From: Arenicellales bacterium
GTDB lineage: Bacteria > Pseudomonadota > Gammaproteobacteria > BMS3Bbin11
DNA length: 64,000 nt
Direction: 5' to 3'
NCBI GenBank assembly: GCA_029287915.1
Contig: JARFQE010000096.1
Span: forward strand, 3,238 to 67,237
Positions 51,186 through 61,795 of this stretch are shown here, in pieces. The position numbers were made by a program, and so were the translations under genes. Below the pieces are notes generated by a model, which had not been told where the DNA came from, did not search any database, and saw only the letters and a program-made list of their open reading frames with translations. Each line of letters starts with the position of its first letter. The first letter of the stretch is position 1.

Positions 51186-52040
51186 ATGAAATGGCGAGGT
51201 GGACGACGCAGCACAAATGTAGAAGACCGTCGCGGCCAGCAACCACGTGGCAGAGGTCTCAAGCTTGGCGGTGGGGCAACTATTGCAGTAATTGTAATAG
51301 GTCTTCTGCTGGGTGCTGACCCGATGCAGATGCTGAATATGCTTGGTAACACTGACTCTGCCAGCACTGGCAGCCAGAGCAGCCAGCCGGTTCCAAAGAA
51401 TGATGAGCAGGCACAGTTTGTTTCAGTTGTACTGGCTGATACCGAGGATGTCTGGAATAAATTATTTACCAATAGTGGAGAACGCTATCGTGAACCGGGG
51501 CTGGTGCTGTTTACCGGCTACGTGCGTTCTGCCTGTGGCATGCAGTCTTCAGCAACCGGCCCGTTCTACTGCCCGGGTGACAGCAAGGTTTATATCGATC
51601 TTGGCTTCTATCGTCAGCTAGCACAAATGGGTGGTGCCGGCGATTTTGCCCGCGCCTATGTCATCGGTCATGAGGTAGGGCATCATGTACAGAATCTACT
51701 GGGTACTTCCGCTGAGGTTCAGAAAAAAAGTCGTTCATCAAGTAAGGCTGTCGCCAATGCCCTGTCTGTGCTGCAGGAGTTACAGGCAGACTGCTATGCC
51801 GGGGTATGGGCTCATCATGCTGAACAGGATCGAAATCTTCTGGAAGAGGGGGATGTCGAAGAAGGTCTTGCTGCTGCCGCCGCCATTGGCGATGATGCCC
51901 TGCAGAAAGGCGCAGGACGGCCTGTAAGACCTGATGCATTTACCCATGGTTCATCAGAGCAGCGTGTTAAATGGTTGAAGCGTGGACTGCGTAGTGGGCG
52001 CGCTGACCTGTGTAATACTTTTGCAGAGGCTTCTCTTTAA
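51186..52040 (+). CDS. ypfJ: YpfJ-family neutral zinc metallopeptidase
   Basis: RRSTNVEDRR, TM, GPFYCP, HEVGHH, ELQADC and THGS. Confidence 0.9.
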   Translation: MKWRGGRRSTNVEDRRGQQPRGRGLKLGGGATIAVIVIGLLLGADPMQMLNMLGNTDSASTGSQSSQPVPKNDEQAQFVSVVLADTEDVWNKLFTNSGERYREPGLVLFTGYVRSACGMQSSATGPFYCPGDSKVYIDLGFYRQLAQMGGAGDFARAYVIGHEVGHHVQNLLGTSAEVQKKSRSSSKAVANALSVLQELQADCYAGVWAHHAEQDRNLLEEGDVEEGLAAAAAIGDDALQKGAGRPVRPDAFTHGSSEQRVKWLKRGLRSGRADLCNTFAEASL

Positions 52041-52531
52041 AATCCTTACAAACTCGATTGAAGATTTGACTGGATTTCATTAACCGCACTACGAGGTGTT
52101 TTTTTTTGCACCATTACAGTAGCTAAACGTTGCGATGCTGAATTCGTTTAATTATTAGGAATAAAGCTTGATTTTGAGAATTTTAAGCGACTCAGGCTTT
52201 ATCCGTTGGCACTGCATTTCAGATATTACGCCAGCGCATAGATGCTGATGTTTTGTCCAGTAGCAGTGAACAATATAGCGCTAGGGGTAATCAGTCATTG
52301 CAATCAGTCCTTTTGGTCTCTGCACTAATAGATTGGCCACAGCTGTCTGCATTGGTGAGCAGAGTCTTCAGTTCCTGCAGCAGTAGCTGCTGCTTGATGC
52401 GGCGTTCAATCCGCAGCAGGATGAGATAGTTGTGGACTATGTGCAAGCCTGGCCTTCAAAAATGTAGAGAACTGAGGGACAATGCAATAATTGCTTCTTT
52501 TTGCGGCTTTTCGACTACTGGATGAAAAATT

Positions 52532-55252
52532 ATGAGAACATTGCTCAAATACACAGGCTATTTGTTTGCGGCACTGATCACTTTACTGCTTGCTGCGGTG
52601 ATTATCCTGAGACTCATTCCCGACACGCAATACAAAGACTGGATCACCACCGCTGTACAGTCAGCAACCGGGCGGGATTTTTCCATTGAAGCACTGGAAG
52701 TGGATCTCGGCACTGCCTTGCGCGTCAGGGCAGATAATGTGCGGCTGGCCAATGCCGACTGGGCAGAACAGAATGACATGCTGCTGGTCAATCGACTAGA
52801 AGCAGATATCGGCCTGTTGGCGCTGCTTGGCGGCAAAGCAGATGTCCGTGCAGTGATAGAACAGGCAGAGGTGCTGGCTGAAAATAATGCTGAAGGCATC
52901 AGTAACTGGGCAATGGGTACCGCTGAACCGGAACAAGAGGCAGGGGAAGCCGTTGATGAAGATCACGAATTCTCAGGTTTGCCGCTGCAGCCCATAATCC
53001 GTGAGATTCGTATCGATGACTTCAAGTTAACGCAGGTGACAGAACCCGGCGCAACGGCAAAAGTCAGCCATCTGAAGCAACTGCTGATCGAAACACCGGA
53101 AAAAGATACCACGCTCACGCTTTCTGCCGACTATGACGGTCACCCAATCGAAGTGTCAGCTAATCTTGGCAATATGCAACAGTTTCTGAATAAAGCGAGT
53201 GAACCGGTTCAGTTAAAGGGTGATATAGCTGGCAATATTGTCAATATGTCCGGCAACTGGGGGCCATTATTCCCTAAGCAGACAATGAATATCGATCTTG
53301 ACATGAAGATCCCGGGCACTGCCGAGCTGGCAGAATTAGCCGGCTTAACAATAGAAGAATTCGAACCAATTCTTATAACAGCGAAACTTGTCGGTGACGG
53401 TGATTCGTTATCAGTAAATCCGATTGTTATCGACTTAAGTGATCGCACTGCTGAGGTGAAAATAAATGGGTCAATCGACGATCTAACAAGCATGGATGGC
53501 ATCAAGATGACTACGGATGCTAATACAGAAAGCCTGGAACTACTGCTTAAACAACTCCATGTTGAAGTGCCCTTTGCACTGCCTCCTGAAATAATGCTGA
53601 GTGCACAGATCAGCGGCGGGCTCAAAGATCTCGCTCTGAGTGAGCTTGTCATTGAGTCCAGAGACGAAGGCATGGAGATGAAAGCCACCGCTTCCATTGG
53701 TGATTTGCTAAAGCTGAAAACAATCGACCTACAGCTGGACGGCACCATCGACTCCCTTTCCCGTTTATCTCGGTATGCACAAACGGAACTGCCAGAAACT
53801 GAGCCGATCAAGTTAAATGGCACTCTGAAAGAAAACACCTCTGAACAATATAATTACATTCTTCATGCTGAGACCGGGGCTGCCAATATTGATATTAATG
53901 GCTCACTTGAGGGTCTGGCGGTACCGGAAAAATTAGAACTAGGCATATCGATAAAGGCAGCAAACCTGACTGATTTTAATAATCTCGCGCAGACAGAACT
54001 CCCTGATCAGGGGCCGCTTGACATCAGTGCAAAGCTACAACTTCAGAAAAAAAATATTGCAGTAAATGATCTAAAAGTATCACTTAAAGATCAATCAGCA
54101 GACGGCAACCTGGCCCTTAAACTGCCTGAAAATGATGATCAACCTACTGAACTAAATGGCAGGCTTGACATCTCTTTGCTCGACCTGACTTTCCTTTTTC
54201 CAGAAACAGCAGAATTACCGGCTGAGGGTGAATCTCCTGCTCCTGCTGCAGAAGCTGCACCAGAGGAAGAAGAAAAAACCGAAAAAGCTGAAACCGAAAA
54301 AAGCAGCACTGATGAAGCCTCCTCGTCAGACCGGCTATTTTCTGCTGAGCCCATTCTCACTAAACAGCTGCGCGCTTATGATATTGACCTTGCCGTTAAT
54401 GCACGCGAAATAAAATTCCAAAAGTCTGATCTGAAAGATGTTCAATTCGTTGTCAAACTCAAAGACGGCCTGCTCATTGCCGATCCGATTCAAGGCGCAG
54501 GTGGAGCCGGAAAAATCAAAGGTGTTATCCGTATCGATGGCCAAACTGAAGTTCCTGAAATGGATGTGGATATCAACATAGTTGAAGTTCCGATGCCAAA
54601 TCTCGGCGGTAAACTTGATTTCGACGTAGATCTTGTTGGCAAAGGCAAGTCTGTTGCTGAATTGATGGGAAGCCTGAACGGACAAATGCTACTGGTAATG
54701 CGTGATGGGAAAATTGAAGGCGCGCTGGTGCAAAAATTTGGCTCAGGCCTGCTTTCATTTGCCAAAGAAAAAGGTTACACAGAGCTGGAATGCGGCACTG
54801 TGCGTGTCGATGTTAAAGATGGTGTCGCCAACTTTGATAACAGACTGGCAGCTCAACTCACCGAAGTCACATGGCGGGGAGGTGGTCAGATTAATCTGAA
54901 AACGGAAGAACTCGGTATTGGTATTGCGGCAAAGCCCCGTAAAGGCATTCCCATTAGCATATCCGGTGAGCTCTCGAGTCTGGTATATATCGGTGGCACA
55001 CTGAAGAATCCTAAGGTAGGACTCAACCCTAAAGATGTCGCCGTTAAATACGCCAAATACTCCGCCTATGTAGCGACTGGCGGACTCAGTTATCTGGCAG
55101 AATTAGTCAAGGACAAAATCGATGCCAACAGGGACGTCTGTGCGTTAATTCTCGACGGGACTGTCTTTGAGGAAATGGATAAAGAAGCAGAAAAGGCAGA
55201 GAAGAAGGCCAAGAAGGATGCAGAAAAAGCGGAAAAGGAAAAGAGCAAGTAG
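52532..55252 (+). CDS. AsmA-family bridge-like lipid-transfer protein
   Basis: N-terminal TM, ATGRDFSI, LANADWA and SNW; repeated beta-groove modules; C-terminal ECG..RVDVKDGVA, GQINLKTEEL and IGGTLKNP. Confidence 0.85.
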   Translation: MRTLLKYTGYLFAALITLLLAAVIILRLIPDTQYKDWITTAVQSATGRDFSIEALEVDLGTALRVRADNVRLANADWAEQNDMLLVNRLEADIGLLALLGGKADVRAVIEQAEVLAENNAEGISNWAMGTAEPEQEAGEAVDEDHEFSGLPLQPIIREIRIDDFKLTQVTEPGATAKVSHLKQLLIETPEKDTTLTLSADYDGHPIEVSANLGNMQQFLNKASEPVQLKGDIAGNIVNMSGNWGPLFPKQTMNIDLDMKIPGTAELAELAGLTIEEFEPILITAKLVGDGDSLSVNPIVIDLSDRTAEVKINGSIDDLTSMDGIKMTTDANTESLELLLKQLHVEVPFALPPEIMLSAQISGGLKDLALSELVIESRDEGMEMKATASIGDLLKLKTIDLQLDGTIDSLSRLSRYAQTELPETEPIKLNGTLKENTSEQYNYILHAETGAANIDINGSLEGLAVPEKLELGISIKAANLTDFNNLAQTELPDQGPLDISAKLQLQKKNIAVNDLKVSLKDQSADGNLALKLPENDDQPTELNGRLDISLLDLTFLFPETAELPAEGESPAPAAEAAPEEEEKTEKAETEKSSTDEASSSDRLFSAEPILTKQLRAYDIDLAVNAREIKFQKSDLKDVQFVVKLKDGLLIADPIQGAGGAGKIKGVIRIDGQTEVPEMDVDINIVEVPMPNLGGKLDFDVDLVGKGKSVAELMGSLNGQMLLVMRDGKIEGALVQKFGSGLLSFAKEKGYTELECGTVRVDVKDGVANFDNRLAAQLTEVTWRGGGQINLKTEELGIGIAAKPRKGIPISISGELSSLVYIGGTLKNPKVGLNPKDVAVKYAKYSAYVATGGLSYLAELVKDKIDANRDVCALILDGTVFEEMDKEAEKAEKKAKKDAEKAEKEKSK

Positions 55253-55443
55253 GATAGATTTGAAAGTGTGTGTAGCAAATGACGGTGTTATTTACAGAAT
55301 ATCATTAGACAGGGACAAGTCTGTATAAGTGAATATGTACCAGCCAGTATTTTCCAGGATGGGCTCTACCTCAATGATGTTACTCATATTGATTCGTTGG
55401 AATATTAAGTCTGTAACTCCGTGTTAGGTTCCAGGTAAGTGTT

Positions 55444-58251
55444 ATGGCACAGTTGAATTATCCCTTGTTAGTAAAAACACTAATCATACTGCTTCTGTTA
55501 GAGGTCATTTATCTGATAGTGATAAATCTGGCACTGAGCCTGCCGGTGACACAGAAACTGATCAACCAGATCAAACCGGAAAAGTTCCAGGTTTCCTGGG
55601 AAAGTGCGAGAAGCTGGTACCCGTTTCGTGTTCATGCCAGTGGCGTTTCTGCCAACGGCCAGACGCGGAAGCAGCAGTGGCAGGTGAACTCCCCCGAGGC
55701 TTCGGCCTCGATCAACCTGTTTTCGTTGCTGTGGAAGTCAGTCAATCTATCCAATATCGATGCTACCGACGTCGATTTCCGTCTGCGCCCGCGACCACGC
55801 GAAGACAAGGATTATTCAAAGATCCAGCCCTACTTCGCGCCGATCGAAAACCGCGAACTGGAGACCAAGCCACCCCAGCTACCGCCGTTGAAGAAGAAGC
55901 GGCCATGGGATATTTCAATTGACGGTATCAGTGCAACCGGTAAACACCGCGTCTGGGTCTACCAGATGCAGGCGGTGCTGGAAGGTGAGCTCGAAGCAGA
56001 CATGGATGTGCAGACCCGTGGCGGTCCTTTCTCCCTCGACGACGGCTATGTCGATGCGAAGCTCGAATCCCTGCTACTCAATGGCAACAGGGAGGTCGTA
56101 CGTAACGGCCATATAAAGGGGACGCTGGAATTCGAAGAATTCCGACCGAGGGAGAACAAGGGCATCAAGTCGCTGGGTTATCTCACCGCCGAACTTGACG
56201 TGAATGCAGAGACAGAAAGTCTCGCCTTTCTCAATATCTACCTCGAAGGTTTTCATGGCATGAAAGTGGCAGGCAAGGGCGAACTGGATGGGCACGTGCG
56301 CTACCAGCAAGGAAAACTGAATGCGGAAAGTAATCTTTTCATCCGTGCCTCGGAACTCGATGTCGATATCTTCGGTTACAGCGCAAGGGGTGATGGTGAG
56401 ATCAAAATAATAGTAAAGAAAGATGAACCGGAAGAAATGCACTTCGGTATCACATTCGGTGTGCTCGATGGCGTGGATGCTGAAACGGATGAGGTGATGT
56501 TCACCGGTGACGGGATGACCTTCGCTGGTATCAGCACAACACAGGTGCTGCCTGTACGAGGCAAAACGCTACAGGCGACTAAACTCTCGGTCATGCTGCC
56601 ATCGGTCAAGGTGCCTGACCTGGCACTCTATCAGCGCTTCATACCACCGTTCTGGCCAATGTCGCTTTATGGTGGGGAGGGCGAGCTGCAGGGTAGGGGT
56701 GAGTTGACGCAAAAAGGATTAGCTTTTGACCAGAGACTGACATCCACCGGTGCGGATATCGGAATCAAGGACTATCAATTTACCACTGACCTGGACATGG
56801 TATTTAAATTGGATGGTCTGAACCTGTACGAGACTGGCATGGATGTGTCCGGGAGTTATGTAAGGCTCTCGGAGACACGCATCAGCAGTGACGAGGCTGG
56901 AAAGTCAGCGCCGACAGAGGCATCGATCGAAATCGAGCAGGGCAAGCTGAAGCTGGCATTTCCCGAAGAGGGCATCACCAATGAAACACGACTGCGCGAC
57001 CTGTTGCAGATCATGCAGAGCAAGGGCTACAAGACATTGCTGGATACAGAAAGCGAGAAGATTATCATACGCGGCAATGTCTCGAACCTCGGCTGGCTGA
57101 ATGTACTGCTGAAGAACAAGTTTGATATGGCCTTCCGGGGTGCCGGCAGCATCAGTGCGGACGTGGTATTCGATGACGGCTGGCTGGCACCGGGGACGGC
57201 ACTCAGGGTGCTGCCGAAAAGTCTGGCGGTCGAAATTCTCGATTATGTCGCCGAGGGCAGTAGCAAGGGCCATCTTGTGCTTGCCGTGGAAAAAGGTGGT
57301 GAAAATCCGGACATGAGCCTTGACCTGAAAATGGTGGATGCATCGTTCAGAAGCAAGGACGAGGAAAAGGCCTTCGTTGAAGGCACCGATATCCTGTTCA
57401 AGGCCAATGCACGGAACATGTCTTACGACGGCCCGACAGAAGAGCTTGATCTGCACCTGCAGATCCCCTCGGCCCAGGTCAAGGACATGTCTGTTTATAA
57501 TAATTACCTGCCGCCTAACTCGCCGTTGCAGATCATCGATGGACAGGCGGAACTTCGTGCAGATGTGATGCTAAAGCCTGAAGACGCTGATGGCTACGTA
57601 AAACTTGTTTCAACCGGTATGCATGCGCTGGTCGATGACCAGGAAGTTGAGGCGGAACTTGTTGCCGATATAAAACTCGTTGATGGTGTGCCGCGCAACA
57701 TGGATTTTGATATCACCGGTTCATTACTGCAGATACGGAATGTGGTTGTATCTGGAGGCGAGAAGAATTTTGATGATGATATGTGGGGTATCACGCTCAG
57801 TCTCGATAAGGCGCGTGCAAAGTGGAAAAAGCCGGTCGGTCTCGATCTGAAGGCCAGCATCAATATGACCGATTCAAGACCCTTCGTCGCGATGATGGCC
57901 AACCAAAAAGGCAAACATAGCTGGCTCGGCAAGGCGCTAACTGTCGATGATGTCCATGGTGAAGCAACAGTGAATGTCAAGGACCATAATCTTGTCATCC
58001 CGCTGGCCTATGTCAGCAGTGAAAAGATTGGTGTCGGGGCCAAGGGATTGATCAATGCCGATGTGCGTGAAGGGATCATCTATGTCCGTTTCAAAAAACT
58101 CGATGGTGTTTTGAAGATGCGCAATGGCAAGCGGAACCTGGATCTTCTGAAAGCGAGAAAGACCTTTGACGAATATTCCCCCGGCCAAACCAGTCTCGAT
58201 ACGGCAGCTAGAAACAAAAAGAAAAAAGACGCTGCAAGTCAAACTAAATAA
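55444..58251 (+). CDS. Large membrane-anchored beta-rich protein, probable second AsmA-like bridge, with internal ~289-aa duplication
   Basis: N-terminal TM, AsmA/Chorein-N-like start (ASINLFSLLWKSVNLSNID), alternating hydrophobic strands and paired segments 867 nt apart. Confidence 0.6.
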   Translation: MAQLNYPLLVKTLIILLLLEVIYLIVINLALSLPVTQKLINQIKPEKFQVSWESARSWYPFRVHASGVSANGQTRKQQWQVNSPEASASINLFSLLWKSVNLSNIDATDVDFRLRPRPREDKDYSKIQPYFAPIENRELETKPPQLPPLKKKRPWDISIDGISATGKHRVWVYQMQAVLEGELEADMDVQTRGGPFSLDDGYVDAKLESLLLNGNREVVRNGHIKGTLEFEEFRPRENKGIKSLGYLTAELDVNAETESLAFLNIYLEGFHGMKVAGKGELDGHVRYQQGKLNAESNLFIRASELDVDIFGYSARGDGEIKIIVKKDEPEEMHFGITFGVLDGVDAETDEVMFTGDGMTFAGISTTQVLPVRGKTLQATKLSVMLPSVKVPDLALYQRFIPPFWPMSLYGGEGELQGRGELTQKGLAFDQRLTSTGADIGIKDYQFTTDLDMVFKLDGLNLYETGMDVSGSYVRLSETRISSDEAGKSAPTEASIEIEQGKLKLAFPEEGITNETRLRDLLQIMQSKGYKTLLDTESEKIIIRGNVSNLGWLNVLLKNKFDMAFRGAGSISADVVFDDGWLAPGTALRVLPKSLAVEILDYVAEGSSKGHLVLAVEKGGENPDMSLDLKMVDASFRSKDEEKAFVEGTDILFKANARNMSYDGPTEELDLHLQIPSAQVKDMSVYNNYLPPNSPLQIIDGQAELRADVMLKPEDADGYVKLVSTGMHALVDDQEVEAELVADIKLVDGVPRNMDFDITGSLLQIRNVVVSGGEKNFDDDMWGITLSLDKARAKWKKPVGLDLKASINMTDSRPFVAMMANQKGKHSWLGKALTVDDVHGEATVNVKDHNLVIPLAYVSSEKIGVGAKGLINADVREGIIYVRFKKLDGVLKMRNGKRNLDLLKARKTFDEYSPGQTSLDTAARNKKKKDAASQTK

Positions 58252-58270
58252 CAGAACAACAGGATAAATC

Positions 58271-58951
58271 ATGAAGAAACTTGTCATTGTCAAATCTATG
58301 CTGGTTGCGTTTCTCCTTATCTCCCCGGCATCAGCTGCTAGTAATGCATTTGATACAGAAAAAATGCTCTCTGATCTGGAACAGCAGCTGCAGTTAAGTC
58401 GTGAAAAGTACAATAAAATGAAACCACAACTGGAACAGACTATTGAGCAAAAAAGCAGGGAACTAAAAGAGACAGTTGACAAACAGGTTAAAGAGGGCTT
58501 TGTTGAACTCGAGTCAATGTCGAAAAAACTTGATGCCGCTTCAGATGAGGCCAAACGTAACCTGGAAAAAGCGCTGAACAGTGATGAGATAATGCAGCTA
58601 AAGAATTTCCTCGCCAGTATTGATGAAGAAGCGATAAGGGATGCACGAGAAAGGCTGCTTGACGAGCTGACCAGGCAACTTGAACTGACAGCCGATCAGC
58701 TTGATAAGCTCAAACCAATCTTACGTGACTACATGACCCAGGCCAGTGAACTGCTTGAACAATTTACCAAAGGCGGCAAGCGTGCATTCGAAGAGTACCG
58801 TGAAAAGTATGATGTGCTGGCTAATGATGCGAAGGAAAGCACTAAAGATATATTGAATTCTGATCAAATGAAGAAGCTAGAGGAACAGTTGATAGAAACC
58901 AGGGACAGGATCAAGGAAAAAGTTTTTACCACTGACGAAAAAGTAAAATAA
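58271..58951 (+). CDS. Periplasmic helical protein with duplicated Spy/CpxP-like (LTxxQ) units
   Basis: Signal peptide, LQLSREK...LNSDEI and LELTADQ...LNSDQM. Confidence 0.6.
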   Translation: MKKLVIVKSMLVAFLLISPASAASNAFDTEKMLSDLEQQLQLSREKYNKMKPQLEQTIEQKSRELKETVDKQVKEGFVELESMSKKLDAASDEAKRNLEKALNSDEIMQLKNFLASIDEEAIRDARERLLDELTRQLELTADQLDKLKPILRDYMTQASELLEQFTKGGKRAFEEYREKYDVLANDAKESTKDILNSDQMKKLEEQLIETRDRIKEKVFTTDEKVK

Positions 58952-58957
58952 ATATCC

Positions 58958-59569
58958 ATGTCACTGATAGCCTGTCATGAGTGCGATCTGTTACAGAAGC
59001 GAACTGATGAAATTCCACCACACAGCAAGGCAGTCTGCGGCCGTTGCGGTGCGGTGCTTTACCGGCACATACCGGACAGTATCGATCGCACCATTGCCCT
59101 TGCCATAGCAGGGCTGGTGCTTTTCATCTGTGCCAACGTATTTCCGTTCCTGGCCTTTGAAGTGTCGGGGCAGGCGACGCAGTCAACATTGATATCCGGT
59201 GCGGCAAGCCTGTATTTGCAGGGTATGTGGGCTCTGGCATTCCTGGTATTCGTTACCTGCATCGGGGCGCCGCTGATGCAGATTTTATTGATGCTGTATA
59301 TTTTCATGCCGCTAAAATTCGGTCGTCTTCCGGCACATATACCACTGGCATTCCGCTCGCTCAGGGAAATCCAGGCCTGGAATATGATTGAAGTGTTCAT
59401 GCTGGGCATCCTGGTATCACTGGTCAAACTGACGAAGATGGCGACCATCATACCCGGACTGGCGTTGTGGTCCTTCGTAGGATTGATCGTCGTGCTGACC
59501 GCAGCCGCGACAGCCGTTGATGCCGAGCTGGTATGGCAGAAACTGGACTGCAACAATGGCAAGCGCTAA
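58958..59569 (+). CDS. pqiA: Paraquat-inducible protein A (N-terminal-type subunit)
   Basis: CHECD...CGRCG zinc finger, ANVFP and WNMIEVF. Confidence 0.9.
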   Translation: MSLIACHECDLLQKRTDEIPPHSKAVCGRCGAVLYRHIPDSIDRTIALAIAGLVLFICANVFPFLAFEVSGQATQSTLISGAASLYLQGMWALAFLVFVTCIGAPLMQILLMLYIFMPLKFGRLPAHIPLAFRSLREIQAWNMIEVFMLGILVSLVKLTKMATIIPGLALWSFVGLIVVLTAAATAVDAELVWQKLDCNNGKR

Positions 59570-60200
59570 GCAGGCCTCCAGAATTTCTGCGTTGAACGCC
59601 GGAATGATCGGTTGTCACAGCTGTGATCTTGTTGTTAATGCCAAAGACGATTTTCACCACCATTTGCAATGCCCGCGCTGCGGTGCAAATCTTCACAGCC
59701 GTAAACTTAACAGCGTGGCCAGAACCTGGGCATTGATCATTGCGGCACTCGTTTTTTATGTGCCGGCCAACGTCCTGCCGATTACAACTGTCGTCAGTCT
59801 CGGTAAAGAACAGTCGGATACGATCATGAGTGGGGTGATATACTTTATGCAGTCAGGCAGCTGGGCCATAGCCCTGGTGATATTCGTTGCCAGTGTATTT
59901 GTTCCGTTGATGAAGATTTTGATACTGGTGTTCCTGCTTGTGTCGGTGCAACGCAACATCCAGTGGCGACCACGTGAACAGGCAAAGCTGTATCGCCTGA
60001 CGGAAATCGTTGGCAAGTGGTCGATGGTCGATGTTTACGTAGTAACGATTCTGGTTGCTCTGGTCAACCTTGGCGTCATTGCTGATATCGATGCAGGGCC
60101 TGCGGCACTCTACTTTGCTGCCGTGGTAGTACTGACAATGCTTGCAGCGCGCACGTTTGATCCACGCCTGATCTGGGATAGCAAAGAGGAGGTAGAGTGA
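59556..60200 (+). CDS. pqiA: Paraquat-inducible protein A (C-terminal-type subunit)
   Basis: CHSC...CPRCG, PANVLP, GKWSMVDVYVV and FDPRLIWD. Confidence 0.9.
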   Translation: MASAKQASRISALNAGMIGCHSCDLVVNAKDDFHHHLQCPRCGANLHSRKLNSVARTWALIIAALVFYVPANVLPITTVVSLGKEQSDTIMSGVIYFMQSGSWAIALVIFVASVFVPLMKILILVFLLVSVQRNIQWRPREQAKLYRLTEIVGKWSMVDVYVVTILVALVNLGVIADIDAGPAALYFAAVVVLTMLAARTFDPRLIWDSKEEVE

Positions 60201-61789
60201 CCGTTGATAAGCATGATCTGCCGGATGATATACCGTCTGCAGTGGTAAAAGAAAAAAGCTCTTTCTCTCTTGTCTGGCTGATCCCTCTCGTTGCAGTCGC
60301 TATCGGTGCCTGGCTCTCTGTAAAGGCACTGATGGAAAAGGGGCCGACGGTTACCATCGTGTTTTCTTCTGCCGAAGGGCTGGTGGCAGGTAAGACCAAG
60401 ATCAGGCACAAGAATGTCGAGATTGGTCAGGTTCAGGATATACAGTTCGGTGAGGACCTGTCGAATGTTGTTGTAACGGCAACCCTAATACCCGGTATGC
60501 GCAAATACCTGACTGACAGTGCAAAATTCTGGGTCGTTCGTGCCCGTCTTTCTGGCGGCAAGGTCAGTGGTCTTGGAACCCTTCTATCCGGTGCCTATAT
60601 CAGAATGCATCCGGGTTCACCTGGAAGGAAAGAACGCAATTTTATCGGCCTCGATGAACCGCCTGCACAGAAGTTCGATTTTCCGGGTACCCGCTATAGC
60701 CTTAGCTCCCCAACTCTATCGTCCCTTGATATCGGGACGCCTGTTTTCTACCGACAACTCAAGGTTGGAGAAGTCGTTGAGTATGAACTCGCAGAAGACG
60801 GTGAGAGTGTGAGCATTGATGTTTTCATTCTTGCACCTTATGACAGACATGTTTACAAGGACTCACGTTTCTGGAATGTCAGTGGTGTTAATCTGGAAAT
60901 GGGATCAGGCGGTTTCGAATTAAACACCGAGTCCCTGAGCTCGGTACTGTTTGGTGGCATTGCATTTGGCAAGCCTGATACGCTGGGGTCAAGTGCTGTG
61001 GCTGAAGAAGGAACAGAATACCAGCTCTATGCCAGCAGGAAAAAGGCATACAAAAAACAATATGTAAAAAAGGAGAAATACATTGTTTATTTTGATGGAT
61101 CTGTTCGGGGGCTGGATATTGGTTCAGCGGTAACACTGCTCGGTATGCATATAGGTGAAGTGATCGATATGAAACTTGAGTATGACCTGCGTGACAGTAG
61201 TTTCAAAATACCCGTTTTGATTGAAATGGAATCTGAACGTTTGTCAATAATCGGCCAGCAAGCAGGCATTGAAGAACCAACAATTCAGGACCTTGTGGAT
61301 AGAGGGTTGCGTGCACAGCTCAGATCAGGAAGTCTGCTGACAGGGCAGCTGCTGGTTGATTTTGATATGTATCAGGATGCCGAGCTGGCGCAAGTTGCGT
61401 ATGAAGACAGCATAGCGGTATTGCCAACGATTCCAACTCCGCTGGATGTTTTGAAGAGCAGCCTGCAGGCATTGATGAGAAAAATCGAAAAAATGCCGTT
61501 AGAAGAGATCGGTCATAATCTCAATGCCAGCCTTGAGGGCGTCAATAAACTCGTAAACTCAGGTGAGATGGCCGACATACTCATCAATCTGAAGAAGGCT
61601 TCGGCCGAGCTGAATGAAACACTGAAAAAAGCAGGTGAGGTAGCGGAAGGCTTCGATAAAGGATCTCCTGCCTACAAGGACATCCAGCGGACGATGTCCG
61701 AACTTTCTGCTGCAGCCCGTTCACTGCGACTGATGATGGATTATCTCGAAAGGCATCCGGAAGCGTTAATCAAAGGCAAGGCCAGGTAA
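60197..61789 (+). CDS. pqiB: Three-MCE-domain intermembrane transport protein PqiB
   Basis: VWLIPL TM; MCE repeats AEGLVAGKT, SLDIGTPV and VRGLDIGS; GLRAQL; C-terminal LERHPEALI. Confidence 0.92.
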   Translation: MTVDKHDLPDDIPSAVVKEKSSFSLVWLIPLVAVAIGAWLSVKALMEKGPTVTIVFSSAEGLVAGKTKIRHKNVEIGQVQDIQFGEDLSNVVVTATLIPGMRKYLTDSAKFWVVRARLSGGKVSGLGTLLSGAYIRMHPGSPGRKERNFIGLDEPPAQKFDFPGTRYSLSSPTLSSLDIGTPVFYRQLKVGEVVEYELAEDGESVSIDVFILAPYDRHVYKDSRFWNVSGVNLEMGSGGFELNTESLSSVLFGGIAFGKPDTLGSSAVAEEGTEYQLYASRKKAYKKQYVKKEKYIVYFDGSVRGLDIGSAVTLLGMHIGEVIDMKLEYDLRDSSFKIPVLIEMESERLSIIGQQAGIEEPTIQDLVDRGLRAQLRSGSLLTGQLLVDFDMYQDAELAQVAYEDSIAVLPTIPTPLDVLKSSLQALMRKIEKMPLEEIGHNLNASLEGVNKLVNSGEMADILINLKKASAELNETLKKAGEVAEGFDKGSPAYKDIQRTMSELSAAARSLRLMMDYLERHPEALIKGKAR

Positions 61790-61795
61790 TCGTCT

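Noticed and set aside
53209..59562. Long antisense ORFs (e.g. 53209-53838, 56905-57456, 57937-58554, 59059-59562)
   Set aside because: Ser/Ile-rich shadow frames opposite well-supported genes, with no motifs or RBS. The same applies to the many other nested ORFs in the track.
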